Positions 12,771 through 27,159 of a stretch of 64,000 nucleotides of DNA are shown piece by piece; position 1 is the stretch's first letter, and each line of letters begins with the position of its first letter. The notes under the pieces are model-generated. The model was not told where the DNA came from. It was given only the letters and a program-made list of their open reading frames with translations, and did not search any database. Position numbers and translations under genes: made by a program. This DNA comes from Paraspadella gotoi (Eukaryota; Animalia; Chaetognatha), in NCBI GenBank assembly GCA_051294375.1, contig CM119265.1, positions 29,426,852 to 29,490,851 on the forward strand, written 5' to 3'.

Positions 12771-13379
12771 NNNNNNNNNNNNNNNNNNNNNNNNNTACCT
12801 GAGCTTCTATACTAAGCCTCGTGCCCTGCACTTGATTCATCATCTTAAGAAGGTCTCCCGTCATTCTTTTGATTTAACACCTCGCGCAACGTGCTTGAGT
12901 TTTTTGGACATTACGGCGCCAAGCAAAATCTCAACAGACCTCCACGTCAGACTGGACGCCTTCCCGCGCTCTTAGGAGAGGGGGGGGTCACATCGGGCAG
13001 GAGGATCAATCTCGCCAAAATCCAAAACGATCAGGAGGATCGGGCGAATCCCCCGGCAATAGAAACGCTGATGCATGGCCTGGGGATGGACCTGGACCAG
13101 ACCGACCAATCAAGCTTGGGCAGGAAAAATTGAATTGTCAAAAAAATCAGCTCCTTGCCTCTGATCGGTCTTTGTTATAAATAGCTTAGTTCTCTCTTAG
13201 GTTTCAAGTAGAATGTGATTCAGGACTGCCTGCGTTGCGTTCTCACGTCACCGTTATCTTACTCAGAATAAAATCGAGTCTGGATTTTAGCTGTAATTTG
13301 TTTTCCAGGCTCTTTATGATACTTAATAAATATATATATTTTTGTGTTATAATAATTTAAACGAGGTTCCATGATATTT

Positions 13380-13663
13380 GTAGTCGGGCATTGCTAGGTT
13401 CACCACCGCCTAGAATCATGCACTATTCAGTTGGACCCGGTGGGCTCATTGGAGTAAAGCATCAAGCCATCACCACAGGTACCGGGTCAATCCCAACCCA
13501 GTAATACCCCTGCGGAATAGCATGGAGGACGGCCGTAAGCCGCCTTGGGGCAATGGCAAACCCTCAAGCCTGGTTCCAAGCCAAGGGACCCGTTCCATGG
13601 CTGCTAGATGGGGGTTATAGAAGTACGCGACAGTCATCTTCAGCCCACGTAGCGCCTTATCCA
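13380..13663 (+). mobile_element. tRNA-headed SINE-like element with twister-like ribozyme (duplicate of the 7.1-kb locus)
   Basis: gaggacggccgtaagccgccttgggg...ccctcaagcctggttccaagcc; same flanks as 7077-7360. Confidence 0.7.
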
Positions 13664-16162
13664 CATAATTTTGAAAAAGAATAAAATTTTTAAATAATTT
13701 AACTTTTTGAACTTTTTTAATTGAAACCAATGGCTGGGCAGATTACTTTTTATGTAGAGCTTTAGTAATTTTAAGGCTTTTGAGGATATTAATATTGTTT
13801 AATTATTTTAATAAGATACTTTGTAAAAAAAGTGCTAAAAGTTCCCCTAAAAAATTGAATTTAAAACAGTGGAGTGGAAAAATGAAAACCCGAATTTTGA
13901 AAATGCCAAGCTTTCTCAGTCTTCATTGTCAAGGCATATCTTAACTGATCAATATAAAACATGTAAACAGTATTTTCTACTCAACTATTTTTAAAATCAA
14001 ATGAAATTAACCACTGGTTTGCAAATGACAGCATATTTCTACCGTTGCAGCTTGTAAATTGTCACCATGTATTTCTCAATTTATAAAACTATATTTAACC
14101 TTAATCCCAAAACATAGCTTAACCCTAAACCCTAACAATCTTTTCAAATTTATAAGCATGACAAGACCCGCATATTAGTTAATTTTATATATATATATTA
14201 TTAAGAGCGATGTCAAAATTCACATACAAACGAACTTATTTTGAAAGTTCGCTACAATGGTTTTCGAATATAAGTAATAAGCATCAACTAGATAAGCATC
14301 ACCTTGTAAAGTAATAGCCACTGGAAGCTCACTCTTTAAATACCATTTAAAAAGTAATAAGGCGTCAACCTTTAAAGTTTGTCGAATATTCAGTAAATTT
14401 CATAGTTTTGTAAATTTATTCGAATATTAACAGTCTCTGTTTAAATATAATAGTTAAATATTTATCAGTTTTTGAAAAAGGAATAGACTGAATTATATTT
14501 TGATTACACATTACAGTTTTTCTTTGCTATAAATATGCATGTATATTTCAGTTATAGTAAATAAGAACGTAAACAGACAAACAAGACGACGACAAACAAC
14601 AACAACAAAAGCAGCTGCAGCAGCAGTAATCGACTTCTTTTTTCTTCGCTGAACGGAAAAACATCGTTCTTATTCCAGGACTGAATGAAATCTGAGGAGA
14701 AAAAGAGCGAGAAAGAGAATTTGATGGGAAGAGGGAGTGAAAGAGTGGCGAATCCAGGTAATATAGAGGGAGTGTAAAGAGGGGAACCAGGTGAAATGAA
14801 AGAGGGAGTGAAAGAGGGTAACCAAGGGTGAAAGAGTAGAGAGAGTGGAGAGGGAACCAGGTTGAAAGGTAGAGAGCGGTGAAGAGGGAAACCAGGTGAA
14901 AATAATAGAGAGGGAGTGAAAGAGGGAACCAGGTGAAAGGTAGATGAGGAGTGGAGAGGCGTAAGGTAGAGAGAGTGAAAGAGGGGAAAAGGATAAGGGG
15001 GGAAAGGGGACAGTAAGTGAAGGGATAAGGGGAACGTTGGAATTAAAGATGGGAGAGGAAAACAGAGAGAGAGGATTGAGGAGAGATGAAAAAAACAAAT
15101 AGCCGAAACGAAAACAGAAGAATACAAAATAACAACAAAACAACATCAGAAAACAACCAGAATCGAAGGCAAAACAAAAACAAAACAACAAAACAACCAA
15201 CCACTTCATTTTCAGTCGCGTCTCACATTTTTTGGTATTGGCGCAAAGGAGAAAAAGAATATTGAAGGTGAAGAGAGATGTTGTCGACGCCTTTGGTATC
15301 AGACTAGCGGGTCATGCTGTTCCCCAAAGAGCTAAAGAAGCTGACCCAACAGGTAGAGGTCATCCTGACCCAAGAAAGTTGACCAAAAATTCCAAAGACC
15401 TTAGAATTGGGCTCCAGGATTGACCATTTCCTCCTCTCTTCTCCCCCCCCTCCTCAAACCAGCATCCGCGCTCGCTCGGCACGGATCGGGTCGAGCAACG
15501 CCGTTCAATTGCAGCGCGATGGCACCTCCGCTTCCATACGAGATTCGCTCGTATTGCCGGAACTTCGTTTTTCCGTAAAAACGAGTCGGAAAAACGAAAA
15601 AAGATTACTGTTGTTGTTGTCAATTAAATCGGATCGGGGAAGAAGGAAAGGGATGAGTGGGGCACACTGGGGACTGGAGGGGAACGGGCTGAGTGGGGAA
15701 GGGGAAGGGGAGGGGAAGGGGAGGAAAGGGATGAAGTGGTATGGGACGGAAAAGTACACAGGGATAAAAACAGAGAAAAAAAAGTGATTTTTAAACAAGA
15801 AAATGGAGACTACTGCTATTTTTCTCTCTCTCTCTCCTCTCTCTCTGACCCTTCCACATCCTCTTTCTTCCGTCCAACTTTCACTTGACCCTCCCACATC
15901 CCTGCTTTCTTTCCCCCAATTATCTCTGACCCTTCACTAGTCCCTCATTTCTCCGTCCACCATCGTGACCCGCTTCTCACATCCCACGTCGCGTTCAGAT
16001 TCTCCTCGCCACCGTCAAGGCGTCTGGCTTCGAGGTCGCGATGGATAAAAGCGTCGAACTCACAGCTGATCTTCTGCAAACACATTTGCAGGGCGCCGTT
16101 TCCGAGGAAGAGGGGGGAGAGAAAAGAATAGAGAGTGGATACGCCGATTGACAGGGTGAGAG

Positions 16163-16222
<60 letters not shown>

Positions 16223-16342
16223 ATATGTCGATTGACAAGGTGAGAGAGAGAGAGAAGAGAGAGAGAAGAGAGAGGAGAGAAGAGAGAGGAGAGAGAAGCT
16301 AGAGAGAGTGAGAGAGTACCCGATTGACCAGGTGAGAGAGAG

Positions 16343-16377
<35 letters not shown>

Positions 16378-17190
16378 CGGAGAAGAGAGGGAGTGGGAGT
16401 GGAAGTGGGAGAGGGGAGAGTGAGGTTATTTTTCTTGTTTGTATTTGTATTGGCATTTAAAATTATCTTTCTGCAGCGACAATTAAGGAGCGGTTCCTTT
16501 AATTATAAATGGGGTCATTAAGGCCATTAATCACTTATTTTTTTTGCCGGGAGTTTGATCTTGGTCCGCTCGTCGTCGGGTTCCGTCTCTGTCGTGGTCG
16601 GGTCCGCGTGTCCTCTGTCTGTCCACTTACGTTAAAACGCTTATAACTCTTGCCTTATAGATAGTTTGCTCTTTGTTAAAATATAATCTAAGCACTACTG
16701 GCGCGCCTTTTTGTTTTTAATGATAAGTAAAAAGAAAAGTATAATGCTGCGCAACAACAAAAATGAGTCGTTTTTCTCATTAATTTAATCAAATAACCAA
16801 ATAGGTAATTAAGAATAAAAAATCATTAATTCAAGAATACAATAAATCAATAAGTCAATAAATTAATAAATTAATGAATCAATGATAAAAATGTAATAAA
16901 TTTCAATAAATCAATAAGTCAATAAATGTAATAATCAATAAATCAAATCAATATAAGTCAATAAAATTAATAAATCAATAAATCAATAAGTCAATAAATT
17001 ACGAAAAGTGACTTACAGAGTACTCGCGGCGCAACTAAAAAATAAGTGATTAATGGCCTTAATGACCCCATTTATAATTAAAGGAACCGCTCCTGTAATT
17101 TCGCTGAGAAAGATAATTTTAAATGCAATACAAATACAAAACAAGAAAAATAACCTCANNNNNNNNNNNNNNNNNNNNNNNNNGTGAGAG

Positions 17191-17246
<56 letters not shown>

Positions 17247-17355
17247 TGTCGATTGACAAGGTGAGAGAGAGAGAGAGAAGAGAGGAGAGAGAGAGAGGAG
17301 AGGAAGAGCGAGAGAGAAAGACTAGAGAGAGCTAGGATGCAGATACCCGATGACA

Positions 17356-17415
<60 letters not shown>

Positions 17416-19040
17416 GGAGTGGGAGTGGAAGTGGGAGAGGGAGTAGTGAGGTTATTTTTTCTTGTTTTGTATTTGTATGGCATTTAAAATATCTTTCTGC
17501 AGCGACAAATTAAGGAGCGGTTCCTTTTAATTATAAAGGGGTCATTAAGGCCATTAATCACTTATTTTTTTTGCCAGTTCTGAGTCACTGGTCGCGGGTC
17601 GCGTCGGGTCTCCGTCTGTCGGCGTCGGTCCGCGTCGTCTTGTCTGTCCCACTTACGTTAAAACGCTTATAACTTGCTTATAGATAGTTTGCTCTTTGTT
17701 AAATTAATCTAAGCCACTACTGGCGCTCGCTTTTGGTTTTTAATGATAAGTAAAAAGAAAAGTAATGCTCGCAACAACAAAAATGAGTCGTTTTTCTCAT
17801 AATTTAATCAAATACCCCAAATAGGGTAATTAAGAATAAAAAATCAATTAATTCAAGAATTACAATAAATCAAAAGTCAATAAATTAATAAATTAATGAA
17901 TCAATATAATACTAGTAATAAATTTACAATAAATCAATAAGTCAATAAATTAATAAATCAATGAAATTCAGATAAAATAGTCAATAAAATTAATAAATCA
18001 TAAATCAAAATAATAAATTAATAAAATAAACAAATGAATCAATGATCATAAATCAATATAAATCAATAAAATCAAAATCATAAAGTCAATAATCAATTAA
18101 TAAATCAAGAAATCAATTAATAAATCAATAAATCAAAATCAAATAAATCTAATCAATAAATCAATGAATACAATAAAAATAAATAATTAAATAAATAAAT
18201 AAATTAAAAAAAAATATAAATAAATAAATAATAAATAATTAAAATAAATAAAAAAATAAATAATAAATTACAACCAACCAATCACTAATGCATCATCGAT
18301 CAATCAAATCATTGAATAAATCAATGAAATAAATCATCATTTCCTTTAATTAATTAATGAATTTCCTCATTCATTCCACAGGAATGGCGAACTTTGTCCT
18401 CTTGGCGGATGGAGAATGAAATTCCGAACGACGGAAAGAAAATGAAAAAAGACGAATCAGGTTAACGTTTTTTTTGTTTTGTTTATTTGTTTTGTTTTTA
18501 AAATAGTTCGTGTGAATTTCACAATTATATTTCCGTTTCTATAATGCTTTGTATTTTAGTTTTAGTTTGGGCCTGAATAAGTTTATTGTACGTAAAAATT
18601 TCTTCCGTTAAGAGATGTTTAATGTCGGGATTGTAAATATTGTCATTTTGTCGGTTCATATATTATTTACCTTTTCATGAATAATCTTATGTTTATAACG
18701 TTGTAAATTATTTTTTAGATTCTATCTTTGAGTTGTTTATTTGTTTAGATTAGACGAGAAACGCAAAATTTGACGAAAATTCTAATTCGATCAAGCGACA
18801 TGTAAAGCAAACATTTTGGTCGGTCAGTTTATTGAAAATATTAAAAATAAAATATTTATTTATTCAATAAAAACTCTATTGTTCTAGAATAAAAAAAATT
18901 TAAATTATTTACAAAATCAAGAAAAATTTTTCAGGTCAAAAAATGACTTTATATTCAAGATTGAGAGGGAAAGAGAGAGAGAAAGAGAAAGCAAGAGAGA
19001 GAGAGAGAGAGAGGAAGGCGAGAGAGAGAGAGGGAGAGAG

Positions 19041-19073
<33 letters not shown>

Positions 19074-22000
19074 GAAGGCGAGAGAGGAAGGAGAGAGAGA
19101 AGAGAAGAGAGGAAGAAAGCGAGAGAGAGATAGAGAGAGAGAAAGAAGGCGAGAGAGGAGAGAGAGAGAGAAGGAGAGAGAGATCAGGTGTGAAAAGTAA
19201 GGTCAATAGTTTGACCAATTTTGTAGTTTTTTGTCCACAAGAATAATTATAAATATTTTTCATAAGTTTTATATACTTTATTTTGTCCAATAGTATAAAT
19301 ATACTTAGCAACCTTTCTACAATGCAAATCTTTTTTTTTTTCTCTTCTATCCGTTGGTCATTCCAAGGTTCAGGTCAAAATCCTTTTTTCCGATTCCATC
19401 CTCTCTCTATCTCTCTCTCTCTCTCTCTCTTCTCCTCTCTCCTTCTCTCTCTTCTCTCCTGGATTTCGTTGTCCAGAAATTGAGTTGACAAAGTAATGAG
19501 GAGGAAGAAACCATGATCCTTTCTCATATCTCTCTCTGTTCTCTTTCTCTCTCTTTCTCTCACTCTACCCCTTTTTTCTCCTCTCAGAACCAACGGTGAG
19601 AAAAAGCATTTCTGTCATTCCTATTTTAGGTTTCACTTTGTTTTGTTGTTGTTGTCGTCGTCGTCGTCGGTGACATATTTGTTGTTTGCTTAATAGTATA
19701 ATTCAAAACAACATATCTTTTATTATTTTAATATCATTTATAAAATTTATTAAAAATTTTAATTAATTTATATTAATTAATGAACAAAATATATGTATTT
19801 TTATTCGTGGAATGATACAAATGGATATAAGAAAGATGAAATATGAGAAATATTACATAATTAAATAGAAAAACAAACAAAAGTCATCGAACGCAAAGAC
19901 AACTTAAGACGGCGACTTCTGGTTCTCAAGAAAGAGAACAAGCGGGAGGAAATGGTTTTTCTTTGTCGTCGTCTTCCTCTCCTCCTTCCTCCTCCTCCTC
20001 CTCCTTCCTCCTCCTCTCCTCCGCCCCTATTGTTTCAGATGCTCTCAGGTGCGTCCCTAGCCAAGATTTAAGCTTGTTTTCTCCACTCTTTGTATTCCTC
20101 TGTTTTGTTTGTTTTCCTTCCTTTCCGACGGTGACCTCGTCTCTCTTCTCTCTCTCTCTCTCTCTCTCTCTTTCTCCTTTTATTTTATCGTAAATAAAAT
20201 TTCCAAACAAAAATGTTCAACTTGGTTCATATTTTGACATAAATTTGTAAGATAATTTTATTCTTATTTGTTTCTTATTTTATACACTCACTCTCTCTGT
20301 AAGCGATACAGCGAAAGATTGAGTTTCTTCAATCTCATTTACATATTGTAGTAGTTTAGATAATTTTTTCATATATATTATGATAAATTTTTCCATTGTT
20401 TTTCGGTTTTCATTTTCCGTCTTCTATCTCTCTCCTTCTCTTTACTTCAACTCTTTCCATTCTTTTCGCGTCTCTATCTCTCTCTTCTCCCACTAAACTT
20501 TTTTAACTTTATCTCTATTCTTTTGTTTTATAACTTTGTTTTTACTCCCTTATCTCTCTTTCCCGCTTCTGTATCCCTCCCCTACTCTCCCTGCCCTTTC
20601 CCTACCCTTCCTCCCTCTCTCCCCTCCCCTCCACTCCTTCCTCCTCCCTCCCTCTCTCTCCCTCCCCTCCTCCTCTCAGCTCACCATTCCGGTCCCGATT
20701 CTTTCGCAGACGTCGGTATCTATTCCGCCTCCCATCGGGCCACGAGTTGACCTCAAATCTCGTGAGATGTACGAGTAAGATTCTTTCCCAGAGTTGGAGG
20801 AATTAGATGGAAGAAAGAGGAGAGAGGGAGGACAGAGGGAAGAGAGAGAGGGAGAGAGGGAGGAGGGAAGAAGGGAGAGAAGGAAGGAGGGAGGCACGGT
20901 GGACGGAGAATACGGCGGATGAACTAATTGTTTCGGTTTGATATTAACTGAATAAATTATTCAATCTGTTCAAATATCTTATTTAGAGTTAATATAATAA
21001 TATAAACTTTTTTTCTCGTCTTACGTGCAGAAAAACAAGATGTAGGCATCCAATGTGTTGCGCCGCAGTGATTTCTTCACGTGTATTTCCCGTGATCACA
21101 TGACTAACATGAACGAGAAATTTATGTACAACAAACGTTTTATTGTTGATAATTTTTTGCCAAGTTTCATTTAAACATTACACGAAATATGCCACATTTC
21201 TTTGTGATCACGTGACTGTAGTTTTGCGTGGTCACGTGAACTACACAAGTATGAAACCACTTGCACAAGAAGCATTTAGTAATGTCAAAACCAGTCTGCC
21301 AAGTATTTAACTAAAATATCTTCTCGCCCATTATTTATGACGGCATTACAGAAGGCGGCGCTAGCAGTCACCTTCGATATGATGTTTTTTCCTGTCTAAC
21401 AATCAATGAGCAATTAGGCGATATGAGCATTTTTTAACGTAAAGTGGGAAAGACGATGGACAGACATTACCGTGCGACCGACCGACGACAACTGATCGAC
21501 GAAAGTGAATTAGGAGTTCTGAACTAAAAATTAATTAAAAAATATCGTATATTTTGACAAAGGTTTTCTGTTGTCTCATCTTCTTATGTTCTTCCACTGA
21601 TGATACACATCAGAAACTACCGCGTGCCTGTTTAGCAAATGAACCAAAAAATCTTTACTTTTCTTTAATAGGTATAATTCAAAAGTACATCATTAGTTTT
21701 AGTGAGCTACTGTGTATAAGATTCATTTCATATTTTATTTAGTTGATTTTTTGTCTAACATAGTAAAATTAATATAAACAAGCAAGTTCTTGAATTACAG
21801 GGAAGAAACATTTTATATCAATAAGAAATCCCTTTCTGTATGACGGAAAGAGCAATTTTTTTATAGCGGCGGGTTTTAAATGGTCACCCTATAAATAAAT
21901 AAATTTGAAAAAGAATCTCATACAAAGAAACGTCAGTAATTCTTTACTATTGATTTGCTTATGTATTTATTTATTAGATATTAAAAGTATAGTAAATATT

Positions 22001-24262
22001 TTCTTGATGTCACACGCGACGGAAACGGGGTATAATATTCAGTCATTATTAAATTACTTCTGTTTTGTTGTAATTTAAGCATTTTCGTTGCTTATGATTT
22101 AATTGTTATTATTTCTATTATTAATTTTCTGTTTCTTACACATACAGCAATAGTAATCATTCACAATTGATATCTGATTATATAATCATTTTAAAATTGA
22201 CAATTAATAACTACTAAGCTGTTAAAACCTGATTAAATCGTTTATTCTACATCCATTCCATTAAAACAAAAATCAAAACAACACAACATTACGTTTGTAT
22301 ATTTTTTATTTTTTCTTATATAACAATGTGTACAAAGAAAAAATCAAAAGTCAATTCAACCGCACAGATAGAAAAGAAATTCTTATAAATAGTTCGCGCG
22401 TTATTTATTTATCAATATGATCAAAAACATGGTTCGACGAAAACCAAAATCTTTACAGTATTTTTTTTATTTTAATAACAATCGCCCAATCAGTATCTGC
22501 TACTCATCAGTCTCGTTTATTATTTAAATTATGTACAAAGTATGAAAGACTTAATACATTACAAAAATCAATTCTTTTTTTTTTGCTCAAAATGAAGAAA
22601 CAAATAAAATTGAAATACGTCAGAAGCTATTTTTAGGCACCTTCACAAAAAAATATTCACAATAATAAAATATTGTAAACGGAGTAATTTTAATTTATTA
22701 ATAATTGCAAAATAGTAAATTAAAGACAATACAAAAAATAACAAAGCGAAAAATAGAATAGAATAAAACAGAATAGAATAGCATAGAATAGAATAGAAAA
22801 GAATAGAAATAGAATAGAATAGAAAAAAAAAGAGAATTAAAAAAATAAAAAAAAATAGAGAAAAAGAGAAGAAAAAGGGAAAGAATGAATCAAATAGAAG
22901 ATGGAAAAAAAAGAGGAAGGAGAAGAAGTGAAGGTAAGAAGAAGGGAAGGAAAGACATGGAAGAAATACACTCATGTGCAAAAAAAACAAAACGCGCCAC
23001 TTATAACTTTAAAATTCCACGTTCCAAATTCCAAATTCCAGTAGCAGGTAGTATTTTCCTCCCCGTTACTCGTCTGACAAATCAGCAGCACTCTGGCCTG
23101 CCGGAGAAAGCACGACTCCTCCCACCAAAGGACTCGGTTTGCGCCCTGCTGATTCACACCAAGTAAAAGGGGGACGGGGCGTCTAACCCACCTGTAATCG
23201 ACGGATTACAGCTCGATCCAAAGTTTGGGACCTGTGTGGCAACGGACGGTGAACTGCTCGCGGGCATTCGTCTTCTACATTAGTGAGCCACACGAACACG
23301 CTGGCTACGTTTATTAACAAATTTTACCCTCTTCGGGCATTGTTAACAACACCATTGCCCTCGACCATCGTGTGTGAGACGGGAGCAGGAATAGGCAGCC
23401 CTCTTAGACGTGCTCGGGCCCAACGCGTGCATCAATACCATACACTTGCGCGGGTGTGTGATGCCTTTAGGGAGGGGATGTGTACGGTAGTAAATTTCAT
23501 AACCCCGTTAACTCGTCCGAGAAATCAGCAGCCACCATAATGGTGCGCCGGGGTAGCATGAGCCTCCTCCCAACCTAAAGGGACTTGGGTTCGCGCCATA
23601 GCTGATTCACGCAAATAAAAGCGGGACGGGGCGTCTAACCCACCTGTAGTGACGGACACCAGCCCAGTCGAGTTTGTGTGCGACGTACGGTAAACTGCTC
23701 GCGGCACTTTTTGTTTTCTACACAATGTATTTAAATTTAAAGTTATTACATCAAGAGTGGTTTACAGGAATAAGATTTTAAACTGAGTGTTCCAAAAACC
23801 AAATAAAAAATCGACTTTTATCTCCACAGTTTTTTTATAACCAAGAAGAGCTTTGGACATCCAGAACACATACTCCAATTTCTGTTCTGTACATGAACCA
23901 ATTTAAAAATATTTTTTTATAAAATATATCCTAATAAAAAGGAAGTATGCAAATAAACAAAATATAATTTTTCCTAAATTTGTCCATGCCATGATGAGCC
24001 AATAATAAGAAATAAGCAGCCTGGACATGTGAGTTAGAAAACCTCAGTATTTTTATCGGGCGTGCAAAATTGAAGTTGTTATATCTAATAATTTAGCTAC
24101 AGTATTTGATCATTTTATTTCATTTATTTAGATTCGTTAAAAGCTTTAGAATCAATGACTGTCTTTTTATTGTATATTTAAATATTATTTAGGATTTGGG
24201 TAAATCTCTATCCTTCCGGATGTCCATATAATTTAAAAAAAATTGTAATCTATTTTAATTAT

Positions 24263-25857
24263 CCTGTCAATCGGCGTATCTCACTCTCTATCTCTTTCTC
24301 TCCCCCCTCTTCCTCCGGAAACGGCGCCCTGCAAATGTGTTGCAGAAGATCAGCTGTGAGTTCGACGCTTTTATCCATCGCGACCTCGAAGCCAGACGCC
24401 TTGACGGTGGCGAGGAGAGAATCTGAACGCGAGGTGGGATGTGGAAGGGGTCACGGATGGTTGGACGGAGAAATGAGGGATGTTGAAGGGGTCAGAGATA
24501 ATTGGGGGAAAGAAAGAGGGATGTGGAGGGGGTCAAGGAAAGTTGGATGGAGAAATGAGGGATGTGGAAGGGGTCAGAGAGAGAGAGAGAGAGAGAGAAA
24601 AAAGCAGTAAGTCTCATTTCTTTGTTTAAAAATCACTTTTTTTTCTGTTTTTATCCTGGTGACTTTTCCGTCCCATACACTCATCCCTTTCCTCCCCTTC
24701 CCCTCCCCTTCCCCTATCCCCACTCAGCCCTTCCCCTCCCCAGTCCCCAGTCCCCACTCACCCTTTCCTTCTTCCCCGATCGATTTAATGACAACAACAA
24801 CAGTGAATCTTCTTCTTTTTTTCCGACTCGTTTTCGGAAAAACGAAGTTCGGCAATAACGAGCGAATCTCGTTGGAAGCGGAGGTGCCATCGGCGCTGCA
24901 ATGAACGGCGTTGCGGACCCGATCCGTGCCGAAGCGAGCGCGGATGCTGGTTGAGGAGGGGGGGGAGAAGAGAGGAGGAAAAGGGTCAATCTTGGAGCCC
25001 AATCTAAGGTCTTTGGATATTTTGGTCAACTTTCTTGGGGTCAGGATGACCTCACCTGTTTGGGTCAGCTTCTTTAGCCTCTTTGGGGACAGCATGACCC
25101 GCTAGTCTGATCCAAGCGTCGACAACATTCTCTTCACCTTCAATTTCTTTTTCTCCTTTGGCCAATACCAAAATGTGAGACGCGCCTGAAAATGAAGGGT
25201 TGGTTGGTTGTTTTGTTGTTTTGTTTTGTTTTGCCTTCGATTCTGGTTGTTTCTGATGTTGTTTTGTTGTTATTTTGTATTCTTCTGTTTTGTTTCGGCT
25301 ATTTGTTTTTTCCATCTCTCTCTCAATCTCTCTCTCTGTTTCTCTCTCCATCTTCAATTCCAACTGGTTCCCCTCTTTCACTCCCTCTCTACCTTTCACC
25401 TGGTTCCCCTCTTTCACTCCCTCTTTCCCATCAAATTCTCTTCTCGCTTTTTTCTCCTCAGATTTCATCGTCTGGAATAAGAATCGATTTTTTTCGTCGC
25501 GAAGAAAAAGAGAATCGATTACTGCTGCTGCTGCTGCTTTTGTTGTTGTTGTTGTCGTCGTCTTCGTCGTCGTTTACGTTTTTTACTATAACTGAAAATA
25601 CATGCATATTTATAGCAAAGAAAAACTGTAATGGTAATCAAAATATAATTCAGTCTTTCCTTTTTCAAAAACTGATAAATATTTAACTATTATTTAAACA
25701 GAGGCTGTTTAAATATTTTGAATAAAATTTAAAGGTTGACGCTTATTACTTTAAAGGTTGATGCTTATTACTTTAAAGGTTGATGCTTATTACTATATCT
25801 CGAAAACCATTGTAGGAATTCAAAATAAGTTGTTTGTATGTGAATTTTGACATCGTC

Positions 25858-25908
<51 letters not shown>

Positions 25909-26760
25909 TAACTAATATGGGGTCTTGTCATGTTATAAATGAAAAGAATTGTTAGGGTTTAGGGTTAAGCTATGTTTTGGGATTAAGGTTAAATATAGTT
26001 TTATAAATTGAGAAATACATGGTGACAATTTTACAAGCGCCGGTAGAAATATGCTGTCATTTGCAAACCAGTGGTTATTTCATTGATTTTAAAAAATAGT
26101 TGAGTAGAAAATACTGTTACACTTTTATATTGATCAGTTAAGATATGCCTTGACAATGAGTGGAGAAAGTTGGATTTTCAAATCGGGTTTCATTTTCCAA
26201 CTCACTGTTTTTAAATTCAATTTTTTTGGGAACTTTTAGCACTTTTTTAAACAAAGTATTTATTAAAATATTAACAATATTAATATCCTCAAAAAGCCCT
26301 TAAAAATACTAAAGCTCTAACATAAAAAGTAAGCTGCCCAGCCTTGGTTCAATTAAAAGTGTCAAAAGTTAATTATTTAAAATTTTAAATCTTTTTTCAA
26401 AATATGTGGATAAGGCGCTACGTGGGCTGAAGATGACTGTCCGTAACTTCTATAACCCCCTCTAGCAGCCATGGAACGGGTCCCTGGGCTTGGAACCAGG
26501 CTTGAGGGTTTGCCATGCCCCCAAGGCGGCTTACGGCCGTCCTCATGCTTCCCGCAGGGTATTTACTGGGTTGGGATTGAACCCGGTACCTAGTGGTGAT
26601 GGCTGATGGCTTTACTCAATGAGCCACCGGGTCACAACTGAAAGTGTCATGATTCTAGGCGGGGTGAACCTAGGCAATGCCCGACTACAAATATATGACC
26701 TGTTTAAATTATTATAACAAAAAATATTATTATTTATATAAGTATCATGAAAGAGCCTGA
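24263..26760. repeat. Inverted duplicate of about 7000-9824
   Basis: Reverse-complement colinearity with indel noise and a shortened purine-rich block. Confidence 0.85.
26406..26687 (-). mobile_element. tRNA-headed SINE-like element with twister-like ribozyme (cleanest read of the 7.1-kb locus)
   Basis: The minus strand has A box, B box ggttcaatccc, then cgggaagcatGAGGAcggccgTAAgccGCcttggggg..ccctcaag cctg GTTCCAAGCC cagg. Possible aaatat target-site duplication. Confidence 0.75.
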
Positions 26761-27006
26761 GAAAAAAAGATTTAAGATAGCCAATCACAATTTGATAAAA
26801 ATCATAAATTTACTCTCCAGCTATTGATTTTTAAAAAGATGTCTCGTTTTTGAATATCCTAATTTAGAGAAAACAAAGTGTTTTGAAATTTGTGACAACG
26901 ATTTATTTTAATAGACGGACATGTTTCGACTCTTTGGGTTCGAGTCTTCACAAACTTTTCAGTTGTTTTCATTGACTTTGGAGAGAAAGAAAGAAGGAGA
27001 GAGAGA

Positions 27007-27045
<39 letters not shown>

Positions 27046-27159
27046 CTTCCAACAAAGAATTGAGTAAAGGAGAGTGGTCAGATGTGAGGACAGGTGAAAG
27101 TGAGGGAAGGGAAGGAGAGTAAGTAAATGTGAAATTTGGTGAAAAGAGAGAGAGAGAGA

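Noticed and set aside
25950-25992. TTAGGG-like telomeric motifs (also ~7800-7832 and ~53066)
   Set aside because: There are only two or three degenerate units inside dispersed repeats, not a telomeric array.
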